NCBI GenBank assembly: GCA_044892525.1
Contig: CM097885.1
Coordinates: 43,588,001 to 43,652,000, forward strand
DNA: 64,000 bases
Reading direction: 5' to 3'
Source of the DNA: Schmidtea polychroa
Taxonomy: Eukaryota
Shown: positions 51,149 through 64,000 of the stretch, one piece after another
How the letters are laid out: each line of letters opens with the position of its first letter
Numbering within the stretch: position 1 is the first letter of the stretch
The notes under the pieces: model-generated
Database searches by the model: none
Told to the model about the DNA's origin: nothing
What the model saw: the letters and a program-made list of their open reading frames with translations, nothing else
Translations under genes and position numbers: made by a program

Positions 51149-52369
51149 AAAAATAATTATTATTATCAAGTAAAACTTTTAATTATTAGAATAGTTAAAA
51201 TCAAATTTAAAATTACAATAAAAAGTCTAATCAAGTTTTATCATATTTTGATTGAACTACTTTACGCAACAGTTTTTGCAGAAATGTGCAACTAAAACTG
51301 CTTAAAACAAACGAGTGCTCTAAGGGTCAAATGACCCGCTGTGGTAGATAACAGTATACGACAATTATTACTCAACATAAACAAAAAACAAAAAAAATAA
51401 AAAAATACTATATTAACTGAGGATTAATTAGTTCGAAAAAGTCATTTTCGAAAAAACCAATAAAATGATACGTGTATTTTCAATGCAAAAGTTCAAAATG
51501 GGTCATCTGACCCGTTATGGTGTCTAGTGTTAACTTTATTAAATAAAATTATGAATTCTTTGTTAAGACTACTTTTTTTGAAAAGGACAAATATTTCGCT
51601 TTCCACGTGATATTTATTCAAAATAATCTTTTATCAAAGAAAGCATAACTCCCTTTTCAAAATTTTTATTCATCCAAAATTATTAATTAAGAATATAGAT
51701 TTTAATCAATTTTTAAATAAAAAATTAACCACAATCAATGACAGTAGATCGATAAAATTCTTAAGGATAATCACAAATTTTATTAATCTATTGTTTTCTG
51801 GCAACAAGAACTTTTATTTTTGAGTAAACAGTAAAAAAATCAAAATAGAAATTTTAAAAAAAAATTAGCTTTTATTATTAAAATTGAAATTGAAATATAA
51901 TTAATAATTCCAGCTATGATTACTGTCAAATTATTAATCCCTTAAAAAGTATATGATTAAAGATTAATATCATGCGCCCATTAATATTGAAATTTATAAC
52001 TAGTTAAATTATTTTTAAAAATAGATGTAATATAGTCATTTTATCTCGTCAATTAATATTGCAACTTTGATTCAGCTAGAATTAACTAATTGGCATTTAT
52101 TTCATTTATTTTTTCTATATCACTTAGAAATATTGTCCAAATGGTTATTTATAATTATATATATTTGAGGAATATCAACTAGTATTTTATTTCAGATTCC
52201 AAAGAAATATTTCATGCCTTTCATCTTTCTTTAATTAAACTTATAACGAAATCGTTTATTAAATTAATACAAAATATATTGTAAGTTTCCGGTTATCAAA
52301 AATAACTGAAATTACTGTAGACTGAAATGCACTTAATAATATAACTATTCATGTGATGTATTTGTGATG

Positions 52370-52742
52370 TTTTTGGTCGTGTCCGGCAAATACATTGTAT
52401 GGAAATTCAGGGGAACTAATACTCTTGCAGTCAAAAAAATTACCGGGATAGAGCTCTTCGTGTTCAACGTATTGTTCGAGATTATGATAATCGTGATAGA
52501 ATGGATTACCTTCGTGGCTTAGCTCATAATTTTAACTTTTAGTTATTTTTTTGCATGCTATTAATAAAATTTTTTCAAATTAATTTTTTTATTATTTAAA
52601 ATTAATAAACTATGTTAAAAGTCAAATGAAAAATATCAAAATCTGTAATTTCCTGGATACTAAAAGTTTTTGAATTTGCGTGTAATTTTCCAACGATGAA
52701 TTTGCCGTAAACTATATTTGGGAGATTTGATTGCCCTGTTCC
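52370..52742 (+). mobile_element. MULE transposase C-terminal relic and 3' end
   Basis: Reads KKNYRDRALRVQRIVRDYDNRDRMDYLRGLAHNFNF*, the same tail motif as the relic at ~38800. Confidence 0.7.
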
Positions 52743-53882
52743 ATATATTATTTTATGCTAACTCTTATAATTAATATGTATGTTTGATTGATTTTCATAA
52801 TTGTCTGGTTCATCAGATTATATCTCCATTTATTATTTATCCCAATATTGCAAAAAATGTTTGTTATTTTGAAAATATTAACATAATTTATTACATTCTG
52901 GAATGAAGACTAATTTTAGCACGAAATTCCAAAAAATATAAAAGTATCAAATATGAGAAACCCTATTAACTTTAGAACTACGAATCTTCGTAAATTGACC
53001 AAAATATACTTAATCTAAATTAAACACTATTTTTCCAGGCTAATAGGAAAATAAAAAATAACAATATAAAATTAAGGATAGTGGCTAGTATTGTGGACTC
53101 CAGCCCAACAGGAATCCTCGACTTTCGCAAACTTTTTTTTGGCGAAAAAACTCCCTCCTTACTTTTTTTTAATTTTTTTGGACACTCCCGCTAAAGTTTC
53201 ATAATTTTGTGGTAATTTAGTAAAATATTTATTAAATTGTTGCTATTCACCGACAAAATCTCCCACTTTATTGCAAATTAATGAATACTTTATAACATTA
53301 TTGTAATTTATTGAAAGATTTCGTAATGTTGTTTTGATATATTGTAATATTTTTATTAATTAGTGATTGAATATAGTTCAACATACAGTAATAGAAGTTA
53401 TTATTATTTTATGATGTAATGAATTTTATGGTTTTGATATTAGTCATATACAATAAAGATGCAATATCAATGCATGATTTTGATTGGTTGATATGTGCTT
53501 AACCTCTATGTATTGAATAATATTAATTTGTGAGTGTGTATAAAATAATGTTAATAAGTGCGTGTTTTAATATATGTATACGTTCATGAGTGGGTTTATT
53601 GTAATATTTATTAACATATGTACATCTATTACACTGTGTTACTTATTGATTCTAAATAATTTCATACCCTTTACTCGATTTATTGATAACTATTTTTGTA
53701 ATTAAAATATACTGGTTTTAAATATATCCTAAATGAAATAATAATTATACTTAAAAAATAAATTTCTAGGAACAATTGAGTAAACTTAATTTATAAAAGT
53801 TAGCTAAATTATTTGATTGATTTTAATGAAGAATAGATAAAACTTAACCCATATATTTTGAGCATTTCACGATGAATGACAC

Positions 53883-53972
<90 letters not shown>

Positions 53973-54374
53973 CAATAAAATCATCACTATAGCAATTATC
54001 AACATTATATCAAGAAAACGATCACCATAACGATCATGATTAAAAAAATTAATAAAAAATGTGACAACACGATTGCTTAAATTGACTCGATTATCAATAA
54101 AACAAACCCAACACACGAATCCAGAATTTGTAACTTCTACAGAAACATTTCAATTCAATTATCATTAACATGAAATTTTTATAATGAGATTTTTGTCAAC
54201 CAGAAAAAAACTAAATAAAAGATGCGAAATAAAATTTCTATTTACCAGTCAAACATTGACTGGTGAAATAGCCGAACGATTTATTTGCGAACCGTAGTAC
54301 CGAATACATTAGACATTTTCTCTAAAACTAGAAATGCAAATGGTCAATACTGAGCATGAGAATGTGGATTTGAA
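53883..54374 (-). repeat. Dispersed ~420-bp repeat with an (AAT)n tail, copy 2
   Basis: Near-identical to 36970-37460. Contains the small palindrome CCAGTCAA-ACA-TTGACTGG. Confidence 0.85.
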
Positions 54375-56671
54375 TAAGTCATTGTTTAAGGTGTTATGAG
54401 TGTGAATTTGAAATAAATACTGGTGTCATTTTGTAGAGATTTAAATTCTATCTATATATTGTTTGAGTGAAAATATCTCTAGTTGTTTAAAAAGATATGT
54501 AAAGTCAAAAATGATGCACTAAAAATGAAATTTCACAATTTTGATTACATCACAATAATAATAATAGAGAATTTAATTTCAAGTATGTTGACATAAAAAA
54601 TTCTTATAACAAAATGCAAAATGATGACGTAATCAACGATTTAAAGTAGTTAGACTACATCTTTTGTATATTCCAAAAAAATAATTACTTCAATAGTTTC
54701 CTAGTAGTTTTATCAGACACCCCCTTGCTAGCCCTGATTGTGAATACAATATGATTTGTGGGCATATTAATTAATTAACACGATATTTTTTTAAAATTTA
54801 AATTACTCGTATAAAAATAAAAATATATCGCTCAGATAAGTGTTTGATTGTGTTGATCAAACGGTTAAAACACCAGAATGAATACATATTTTGTTTGGCC
54901 TCTCACTTCTTGTGTAACATTTCAAGTTATTTGTAGATATCTTGTAGAAATAACAAATTAAATGTTTAATCAAATATGTCAAAAATATGGAATTCAAAAG
55001 CATGTTAACACATTTCGTTGGAGATATTACAACTATCTTATTACATTTTTTAAATATTTAGTCGAACTACATCATTCAAACTATGACTATGCTTAAGGTT
55101 TTTTCAAAATTTGTCCATTGAAAACTATATAGAATGATTTCTGTAAAAAAAATCCCCTAAACAAAAGAAACCCATTTGAAGCTGTGGAATTATGTTTGAT
55201 ATTTTGTCCTACGCAATTTTGACGGTTCACCATAAATAACACCTTTACAACTTATTGCTTTATGAACATGCAATATATTTCTTAATTTCGTAATAAGATA
55301 GTGCCTCTAACTTTCAAATTAATAAATTTATTCATTTAATAATTAAATTGCATTTTTCTTTCGAACATCCATTTTTGTAATTCAAAAAATGTGCTTAAAA
55401 CTCTGGAATTGGAACAATTTGTGGATAAATGAAATGCTTCATCTCTATATCGAATGTACATTACAAATGATAATTTTCGTAAACCTGCTGCTGCTACTCC
55501 TACTCGTCGTCCGATCACAGAACATCCAGTCAATCGAAACGTCAAGAACAAATCAACAATCACATTAGGATAATGGAAACTACACCATGGCAATCGAATA
55601 GATACGTTTAGTATAAGAACGATCAATTAATTAGCAATGATGAAAGCATTACTTTTGATGAATTGAAAAGAGAGTATTTGAATTCGTACAAATGTATTGT
55701 TAAAGGAACTACTGCAACTGGTTCAACAATGGAATTGGAAGCTCCAACATTTCAACGAGCATCAGAAAATCAATACTATAAATCAGAATCAGAAAAACAA
55801 GAATCAACCGATTACATAGACAATCAGTAGAATACTCTGTAAATATCATATCTTCTCCTGAACAATATATTATTGGTCAAAGATTCTCAATGAAATGTAT
55901 TGTGAAGGAAAATTTCATAAACGCCAAATACACTTTGTACAAAGATGTGGAAATGGAAATGTTGGAACTCCTCAAATCTGCTCGATCTACTTATGAGGAA
56001 ATTGATAAAATCAATATATTTTACCAATTAGTCTTACGTTCCTTCAATATATATATATATATATATATGTATTTTTAAATTTTTTGTTTTATTTTATTAT
56101 AATATAATTTTTAAAAATTTTTAATGAAGACTACTCGGAGTTCGTTTTTAATTTAATCATTATGTTGTTCAAATTTTTCAAATATATATAAAATATTTAC
56201 AAAAAAACTCTATTTGTCAACCAATGGAATAGATAAATAAATAAAAAAGAACTTAAATTATTTAAGTGGCGTAAAATTTTCATATTTTGTAATAGGAGGA
56301 GACTAATATTGACTGAAAATCAGTGTAGAACTACGCTTACACTTAAAATACAGTTAAACTAAAATTTGAGTTAGATTTTTTGCATGTTTTTTCATTAACA
56401 AATTAACAAAGGATATTTTAATTAAAATTTAGTTGTTTGAATGTATTATATATAATTTCGATTTCCTGTTCAACTCAGTTAATGCCTGAAAAGTTAAGAA
56501 AAAAAGTTGAATTTATAACTTAAGTATAACGGCCTCCCCAAATTTTTGCAAACAGTTGTGGAAATGATATTATGTTTTACAAGTAAATAATAAGGAATAT
56601 ATTTTACTTATTAAAACAGATTTTATATTTAGAAAGCTGTCAATGACAAACCAAAAGCAAATTAAACTAAC

Positions 56672-56753
56672 CGGAATTTGAAAAAACGATAGTAAATGCC
56701 TAAGGGCTACATCAATTTCTTTATTTCTCATATCGACCATTCGGACAAAGAAT
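56672..56753 (-). CDS. IQSEC: IQSEC/BRAG Sec7 exon
   Basis: TTTCCAG|...|GTTAG. Reads FFVRMVDMRNKEIDVALRHLLSFFQIP, the first half of Sec7 motif 1. Confidence 0.88.
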
Positions 56754-57338
56754 CTGGAAATATTAAATTTCATTTACTAAAAATATTATGTTACAAATTT
56801 ATTAACTTTAAATTATAAATAAATGAAATTTTTAAAAATTTTTTCAATAATGACGTTAAAAACGATATAACTCAACTATTGCGGAATTCTTTATAAAAAC
56901 ATAAGTCAAATAAATAGGTTAACCTTGACCACAGTGTTTATTAATTAAATAAAGTTTTATAGGCATTCCGCTACCAAACGATTTATCATAGAAAAATTTT
57001 AAATGTCAGGGCAAGATAATGTAGGATAAAAGGAGGAAAATATTTAAATAATTATATTTCGTATGAATACATGAAGTTAACAACAAAGAAATGAAAAGAA
57101 AGATCAATTACATCTCGTATTAAATATGAACAGAACCTATTTCGGAAAATTTTCAATTTATAAAGACTGTAGAAAAAACTTATTTATATAAATTATGCCT
57201 TAACAATATTTATAAAGTTCACCTTTAAAAGAAAATTGTTTATTTTAAGTTGTATGACATAATAAACTAATAATTATAATCTATAACACCTTAGGTTTAT
57301 ATTTTTCACTTGTGATATTTTTATTTTATACTTTAAGG

Positions 57339-59770
57339 CATAGATGTAAAAAAAACAGGAATGAAATAAAAAACGGTAAAAAACGACATTTTTTGCCAAA
57401 AAAAACGGAAAAAACGATAAAAAACATGCAGTTACATTAAAATATAGTTTAAAACTTCTTGAATTATTATTCTTGAAACATTATGTCATTATCTACCAAA
57501 TTTAAAGAAATTTAAAACTGAACTCGTAGTTATGAAAAAGGTATAAATTGTACTTGAAAAGTTTACTATTATAACACTGAGTCGCCGAACTAGGATTTAA
57601 TCATTTCAGTTCTTGAATTATTTCTCATCTTTAGATAACCACTCCACAGTTTCTTCAATTGGATTAATATCAGTCAGTTTATCGGTTAATCGAAGATTAC
57701 TGTGGACAAAGACAACATTTCGTACTTTTGCGCAGCTCAGCCGATTTCTCTTCTTTCTGTGGATAAAATCAAAGGTAGACCAATTTATTTCAGAAGCCGA
57801 CGCTGATGCCACTTGCGATAAAACACACATGAGCACCAAATGCAAGCCACCAACGAAAAGCTGGCATTTCTTTCGCAGCAGCAGTTGCCACTATACTACT
57901 TGCTACTATACTGCTGGATTGCTTCTACCTGAGACTGTACGTCACCATTATGAACTCTCTAAAACATAGCGTGAAATCCTGAGATTTTTAGGAAAGTTCT
58001 ATATTCAGGGTCTAGTACAGGATCTAGTACACACAGAATGAAGATCTGTGTGTAACATTTTCGAGCGAGTTGAGACAAGCATTCTGACTTGCGTTTTCTT
58101 TCCCTCATCTAAAGTAGAACTGTTAATATCCTGATCAGCTTGGAACATTTTCCAGTATACCTTTTTCCTACACACGGTACGGATCCATCAACAGACACAA
58201 ATGGTGCCCAAATCGAAGTCAATTGCAACAGAAGATCCCAAAATTGGTTGTTAAGTATGATTTCCGTCACAGACTTTCCCCTTTCAGCATACTTTGGTCC
58301 CGACACACACTTCTTGCAATCTTGATCCATGACAGTTTCTTGCAAAGCATCTTTCGTTTCATATAAACGTTGTATCATTATAAAATAACCTACAAAGCAT
58401 GTTTCACCAGGTTTCAGCAATTCCAGAGTGTAATGTGCCCGAAAGAATGCCAACGATGCTTGATGTGTTATGAACTTAACTACAGAATTTCCATCTGCAA
58501 TAATACTGGTAAACCATGGGAACCTTCCAACATCCTCATGTAACAGGTCAAGACAATGAGCTTCACAAGGAGAGCATACTACTGATAGAAAAGCTTCACT
58601 GATCTTTTTCCTTGCTGCGACGCAATTGGCTGCGATATCCGTAACAACTTGGACAACATTTTGTACCCCAACAGCGTCAATATTTATCTATTCCATCAAG
58701 AAACATCGTACCATCACCTGTTACAAAAAGATAATTGATCATAGGTCGATTTTGTATGTTAGTCCAACCATCACTGACCAAGGTTCCGCCAAGAGAGAAC
58801 ATGTGTAATTTGTAGTAAGAAAGTTTTTGTTCAACTCGTAAAACCTCCACAGCTAGCAACCTCTCTGATATTGTTGTCCGATGTGGAACTTTGTAACTTG
58901 GTCCACACTTGGAAACAGCTTCAATAGCCTCCTTGAAATATTTGCTTTCTGCAACGACAAATGGAATACCGTTTGCAATTGCGGAATCGGCCAGCTGTTT
59001 TGACCCACTCTTCATCCTGTCAGTCAAACACATTTGTTTTGAACTTGAAGTGTGTGTGTCCGATCTTGCAGCACGTTTAGTCGCTTTGTCCAACGCTTCT
59101 CGTTTTCTTTTCATTGCATCTTGGTTCGCCCTTTCAATATTATCTTCTTTAATCATATTTTTTATATCGGCCGGCACTTTTTCACATGATTTTATATTGA
59201 TATCGTCTCTGCAAGATGACCTCTATTACGGATTATTCCACCAGAATAAACTTTCTCACAGTAAATGCATTTCAATTTGGCAAATTCAGATTTTTTTTCT
59301 CTAATTTATCACAGTAAAATGAATCTATTTCATACTCCTTTCTTTTGGCATTTGGGATAAAGAAATATATTTTTTTTATTATAATTGATTTATTGGAATA
59401 TAATCGAAATTTCTAGAATAAAATTTATTAAATAAAATTTGAACCAAAATGGTTGCATTTCGAAAAAAACGCCTTTTTAAAAACTGATGAATGCATCCCC
59501 GTTGATACAGATCGCCCACAATTTTGTTATTTTTGAACAAAATTATTAATTAACCATTTTTTTATAAATCTTATTTTTTGTAGGTCACTTCAGTATGCAA
59601 GAGTTTTTTACTTATAAATAGAAACTTACGCAATATTACGTTCATTAGTTGAATTCGAGAAAATACGGAGGCGATGAAAGAGACATCCGACAAAAAAATA
59701 ATTAAAAAAAAATATAATAATAAAAAACGAAAAAAGAATAAAAAACGGAAAAACGGTTTTTACATCTATG
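57339..59770 (-). mobile_element. Full-length decayed hAT transposon (BED finger / DUF659 / dimerization domain)
   Basis: TIRs CATAGATGTAAAAAA ... TTTTTTACATCTATG. TSD CTTTAAGG / CTTTAACG (7 of 8 match). Minus-strand fragments TLVSDGWTNIQNRPMINYL, PCEAHCLDLL and SASEINWSTFDFIHRKKRNRL, with multiple frameshifts. Confidence 0.92.
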
Positions 59771-60233
59771 CTTTAACGTATTGTCATTTAATTACTTTAT
59801 GATTTGCTCATTATTAAAATATTTTCATCTTTAAAAAATTATTTTTTAGTAATGGTGAAAAGCTATAAATTTTAACATGTTACATTTATTAAAAATACTC
59901 CTTGAGTAATTAACTTTAGTGAAAATGCTTGTACTCATAAATACATCCTTATCCGTAAAACATGGAACATTCCCATAAAGGACACAAACAATTAAATGGT
60001 TAGTCAGGTTTTGAAAAATAAACAAAGTACGTTTGTAATTGGCACCGGGAAATTAATTTTTGTTAAATGGACTTGGAAAATTTTTTAACTATATTTTTCG
60101 TATAACTAAATATTTTCTAAAATAAAAATGCAAGGTAAAAATTTACGATTCTGATCAAAAAAAAATTTTAATCGGCCGAAATAAATATTTGTTAATGACA
60201 AATTGCTTTTTTCCAATATTTTTCATGACTCAT

Positions 60234-60403
<170 letters not shown>

Positions 60404-61109
60404 GCCCGCAGATTAATTACGAATCGAATAAGTCATACTTGTATTCAACCAATCAGAATTGCAAATGCCAGATGGCTAAATACGCCATACTTATTTATAT
60501 TATCATTTCCTATGGTTTGATATAATTTTTATACTATAAACAACCAGGATAGAACTAAATCCATTTTATCAATGGCATAACAACATTTAGGATCAACCTT
60601 ATATTCTAATGAGTTTAATATTCCATCGATAGATTTGTATGATAACAAACTCAAATATTACTCCGCGACTCTAACATTGCTTTAATTAACGTATTAGAAA
60701 TAGTTACATTGAAGTATGTGATTTCCAGACTCTAAACTTTATTTTCGATCTCAGTTGAAAAATCAAAAATTTTATTGATATTTAAAACAAATACTACAAC
60801 TTTGTCTGAAGAAGCCTAACACCAGAAACGAAAAGAAAATAATTAGAATACTGTATTCTGTCAAGAGTGAAAGATTTCCGACTTGATAAAATTTTAATAA
60901 ATTTATTGTTTGAGTTTCGATTGTTTTACTTACCAAAAATAATCAATCCCCATCATTTTTGTTATTTAATAACACATTCTACGATATATCAATTTTTAAA
61001 CTAAAACTATTTCACTGTTTAAATAGCAATAATAAATTTCAAAAAAATTATTATAATTATTATTATAAAGTGATAATTTCTTGGTAGAAGCATTAATTAA
61101 ATATTAAAC

Positions 61110-61283
61110 AAATAAAACATAATATAAGCTTTTTGCTATAAACTATATATTCAATAAAATGAAATAATTTTCGATTATAAAAATAATCCTTGTCAAATGA
61201 AAATGATTATTTTTATAATCAAAAATAATTTCATTTTATTAAATATATACTTCGCAGCCAAAGGCTTATATTATCATTTACTT
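61110..61283. repeat. AT-rich foldback repeat / MITE
   Basis: The halves pair: ataatataagc...aataaaatgaaataattttcgattataaaaataatc with gattatttttataatcaaaaataatttcattttatt...gcttatattat. Confidence 0.65.
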
Positions 61284-61835
61284 GTAATAATTAATATAAT
61301 AATTATAATTATTAAATGAAAAATAAATATTCGAAAATATATTTAAATAGATTTGTATTTTCAAAGTTTTCAAATAATGTTAAAATTATAATAAATAATC
61401 AAGATAATAAAAAATATAATTAAAATTATAAATTAACGAAAAAGATCAGAGTAATGTTTCAATAATCGCATAAATTTGTTACAGAATGGAAAATAAAATA
61501 GTCTAAAAATTTTGTCATCAGTCTTTAGCTATTTTACGTATTAAATTCCATTCATTATACACAACAGCAGAAAACTGAAGAAAGAAATAGCTGATAGTTA
61601 TTTAATGGGATATAATACTGCAGGCAGAGAAAATAGCCCACACGACCCAGTCCTGCTTCAAAATAAGTCAATCACAACTCGTCTGTTGTTTATTTATCAA
61701 AATGTTCACTTTACAATCATCAATAATGATTCATACTGATCCTTTACAAATGCACTTTAATATTTTTAATAGATATTTTCCTTATTTTTATTATCCAATT
61801 AAATATTTTGATTTATACATAAACGAAATTCTTAC

Positions 61836-61997
61836 TTAAGAGTTTCAGTTGCAAGATCATCTTTTGTATGGCCTAAATAATCCCCAATACTAAATCTACT
61901 AATACCTTTACGAGTCATTAGGAATTTCGATAAGATATTGGGAGATGGTTCGACAAACTTGAAACGAATTAAATATGATACACCTTTCAATGAATTT
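61836..61997 (-). CDS. IQSEC: BRAG/IQSEC-type Arf-GEF, Sec7 domain N-terminal exon
   Basis: On the minus strand CAG|...|GTAAG. Reads NSLKGVSYLIRFKFVEPSPNILSKFLMTRKGISRFSIGDYLGHTKDDLATETL, matching the Sec7 pattern KG+xYL..RKGLSR..IG+YLG. Joins in phase with the next exon. Not in the ORF track. Confidence 0.9.
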
Positions 61998-62081
61998 CTG
62001 AATAGAAATATATATAAAGTAGATTAATAAATATAATATCTGAAAGCAATATTTAATTCAAAATAATTATTAAATATATAG

Positions 62082-63204
62082 CATAGATGGCCAAAGTGTC
62101 GACCTCGATCTACCAGTCACCCGCAAGGCTGATTTCGGTCGGCCAGTTTTATTTTGTTGTTTAGGATTAAACCGGTTATAATATAGTAAATATCTGGATC
62201 TTGCAGTTGATCCGCAAATATTGGTTAATTCGGACTGCTCGCATCTGTGTGCGCATACTTCTTCTTGCCTGTGTGGAGACGCGAGTAGTCAAGCTTTTGA
62301 ATTTGATTATTTTTCTGGAATTTCGATTGCTGGACAATAAAATTAACGATAGAGATGTTTTTTTGTGCATTTTAAATCGATTGCTGTTACAAATGCAATT
62401 TCAATAACTGATGGGGAAGTTCTTTCCGATATTCCCAAATCTAACAGAGGATCCATGACTTAAACTATGTTGGAGAAATTTAATGCACCGATGATGTATG
62501 TTGCAGTTCAAGCAGTTCTTTCTTTGTACGATTCAGGTCGTACCTTAGGTATCGTTCTGGACTCTATTAATCCTATATCTCGCACTATGGTAATTTATGA
62601 AAGTTACGTGTTACCTCATGCTATTTGTAAAATTAATTTAGTCGGAAGATACTTAAGTGATGGTATTCTTGATGCGACTTATAACAGCATGATGAAATGC
62701 GATGTAGATTTTCGTAAAGATTTATATAGCAATACAGTCTTATCAAGTGATTCGATAATGTATCGATGTTGCTGATCGTAAGAATAAAAAGAAATTTCAA
62801 CTTTGGTTTCATTATCAATGACAATTAAACATATAATGCGATAAAAATGAAACATCGTTCACGTTTGACAAACCATAATTTGACTATATGCTTGCGTATA
62901 GCGTTAATATCATATGAAACACAATATGAAAAGTTGCTGCAAATATGCAATACAGAGCTTCAGATGGGAATGAAAATTAGATTTTAAATATTAGAGAAAA
63001 TTTTCTTTGTCTTTAATGTGATTATTTTGTATTGTTTATTTTTTGTATTTAAATAATATTGTTAAAATACACACAGTTGAATAGGCACCATAAAATTAGT
63101 CTTATTTTCTTATCGCAAAAATTTTAATTTCAATATCACTCGAAACCTATCAATATTTTTATTAACTATACCGCTACTGGAACCCAAACGTTTGGCCACC
63201 TATA
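62082..63204. mobile_element. hAT-type non-autonomous element enclosing an actin fragment
   Basis: Termini CATAGATGGCCAAA ... TTTGGCCACCTATA, degenerate forms of the CAGGGGTGGCCAAA type. Flanks ATATATAG / TTATATAT. Confidence 0.5.
62430..62835 (+). pseudogene. act: Actin pseudogene fragment with an internal deletion
   Basis: Reads PKSNRGSMT*TMLEKFNAPMMYVAVQAVLSLYDSGRTLGIVLDS...IYESYVLPHAI..INLVGRYLSD | GILDATYNSMMKCDVDFRKDLYSNTVLS. In-frame stop, frameshift near the 3' end, and no intron in this segment. Confidence 0.93.
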
Positions 63205-64000
63205 TTATATATAATTTCATTTTATTAAATGAAAAAATAATTTTCATTTTATTATTTAAATATTTTAAATTAAATTTTAGTTTTTAAATATCAATACATC
63301 AAAACATATTAAGTTTCGTCGAGACAATGAAAATAATCTGTTTTCTCAAAGAAGGCAAGTGAAAATTAGCGAATATAATGATTTTTTCAAATTTATTAAA
63401 TTATAAAATTTAAATAAAGTCACTTAAACATAAATTAATGGTAATAAATAGAAATTGTCATTTGGAATTAAACAAATATACAATATAAAAAGGAAAAACA
63501 AGGACCAAATAAATTGAATTAATATAATCCAAATCCATAATTCAAAAGAAAAAATTTTTACATTAAGTTATTACTTCATTTCCGGAAAGTCGAATTGCAT
63601 GAATATAAATCATTGGGATTTATATAATTGGCATAAAGGAACCTTGTATATAAAAACCGTCAAGTATCTTTCATTTTGTATAAAAACGTTATTTCGCTAA
63701 TTTCTAAATTCATTTGAGAATGAAATGTTTAAAACTTTGTCAAATTATTTATTATATTTATTCCTTCAGTCAATAAAAATAACCTTTTCGCAGCGGAGTA
63801 CTGTTTTATAAGTTGTGTTTCCTTTGCGAATTCGTGTTGTTCACGCAGTTAAGTACTCGCTATTTGCTTATACATGAGTTTCCCGTAGTTTCTCGTTTCA
63901 TTATTTCATTTATATGACTATTACACAATTATATGCAAGCAAACTTCGAATAGCAGTTAATTAGAACTGTGCTATTCAAGATGGAATTGTCATAAAAATT

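Noticed and set aside
51320..51533. GGGTCAAATGACCCG / ...TCTAGTGTTAA, a possible piggyBac-like element end
   Set aside because: No matching opposite terminus or TSD could be located confidently.
60800..60835. CTGAAGAAGCC...GAAACG, a second possible hammerhead core
   Set aside because: No convincing stem II or stem I pairing.

Overview
Very AT-rich, intron-rich eukaryotic (animal) genomic DNA. The composition and repeat families would fit a planarian-like invertebrate, but that is inference only. Two host genes converge. On the + strand are the last four coding exons of a membrane-anchored peptidyl-alpha-hydroxyglycine alpha-amidating lyase (PAL/PAM, 1-11194). On the - strand are seven exons of a BRAG/IQSEC-type Sec7+PH Arf-GEF (61997-40483), whose 5' end lies beyond the window. 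Between their 3' ends is a four-level nested transposon stack in which the target-site duplications can still be read. A hAT (Tip100-like) deletion element (13104-33197, TSD AATGTATT) contains a hATm-like element with a doubled left end and an internally deleted but open transposase (13914-32311, TSD ATATATAT). That contains a 14.8-kb non-coding, nearly perfect palindrome with Polinton/Maverick-type ends (17380-32185, 5'-AG...CT-3', 6-bp TSD CTAAAC). Each arm of the palindrome carries a mirror copy of a 3.2-kb TIR element. The two ends of the palindrome differ in sequence but keep the same terminal hairpin through compensatory changes. The introns hold many relics: hAT, pogo/Tigger and MULE remnants, Penelope-like elements (one with a hammerhead ribozyme core), foldback MITEs, a hAT-type MITE carrying an actin gene fragment, and long (TA)n and (AAT)n tracts. 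No CRISPR array, tRNA or rRNA was recognised.
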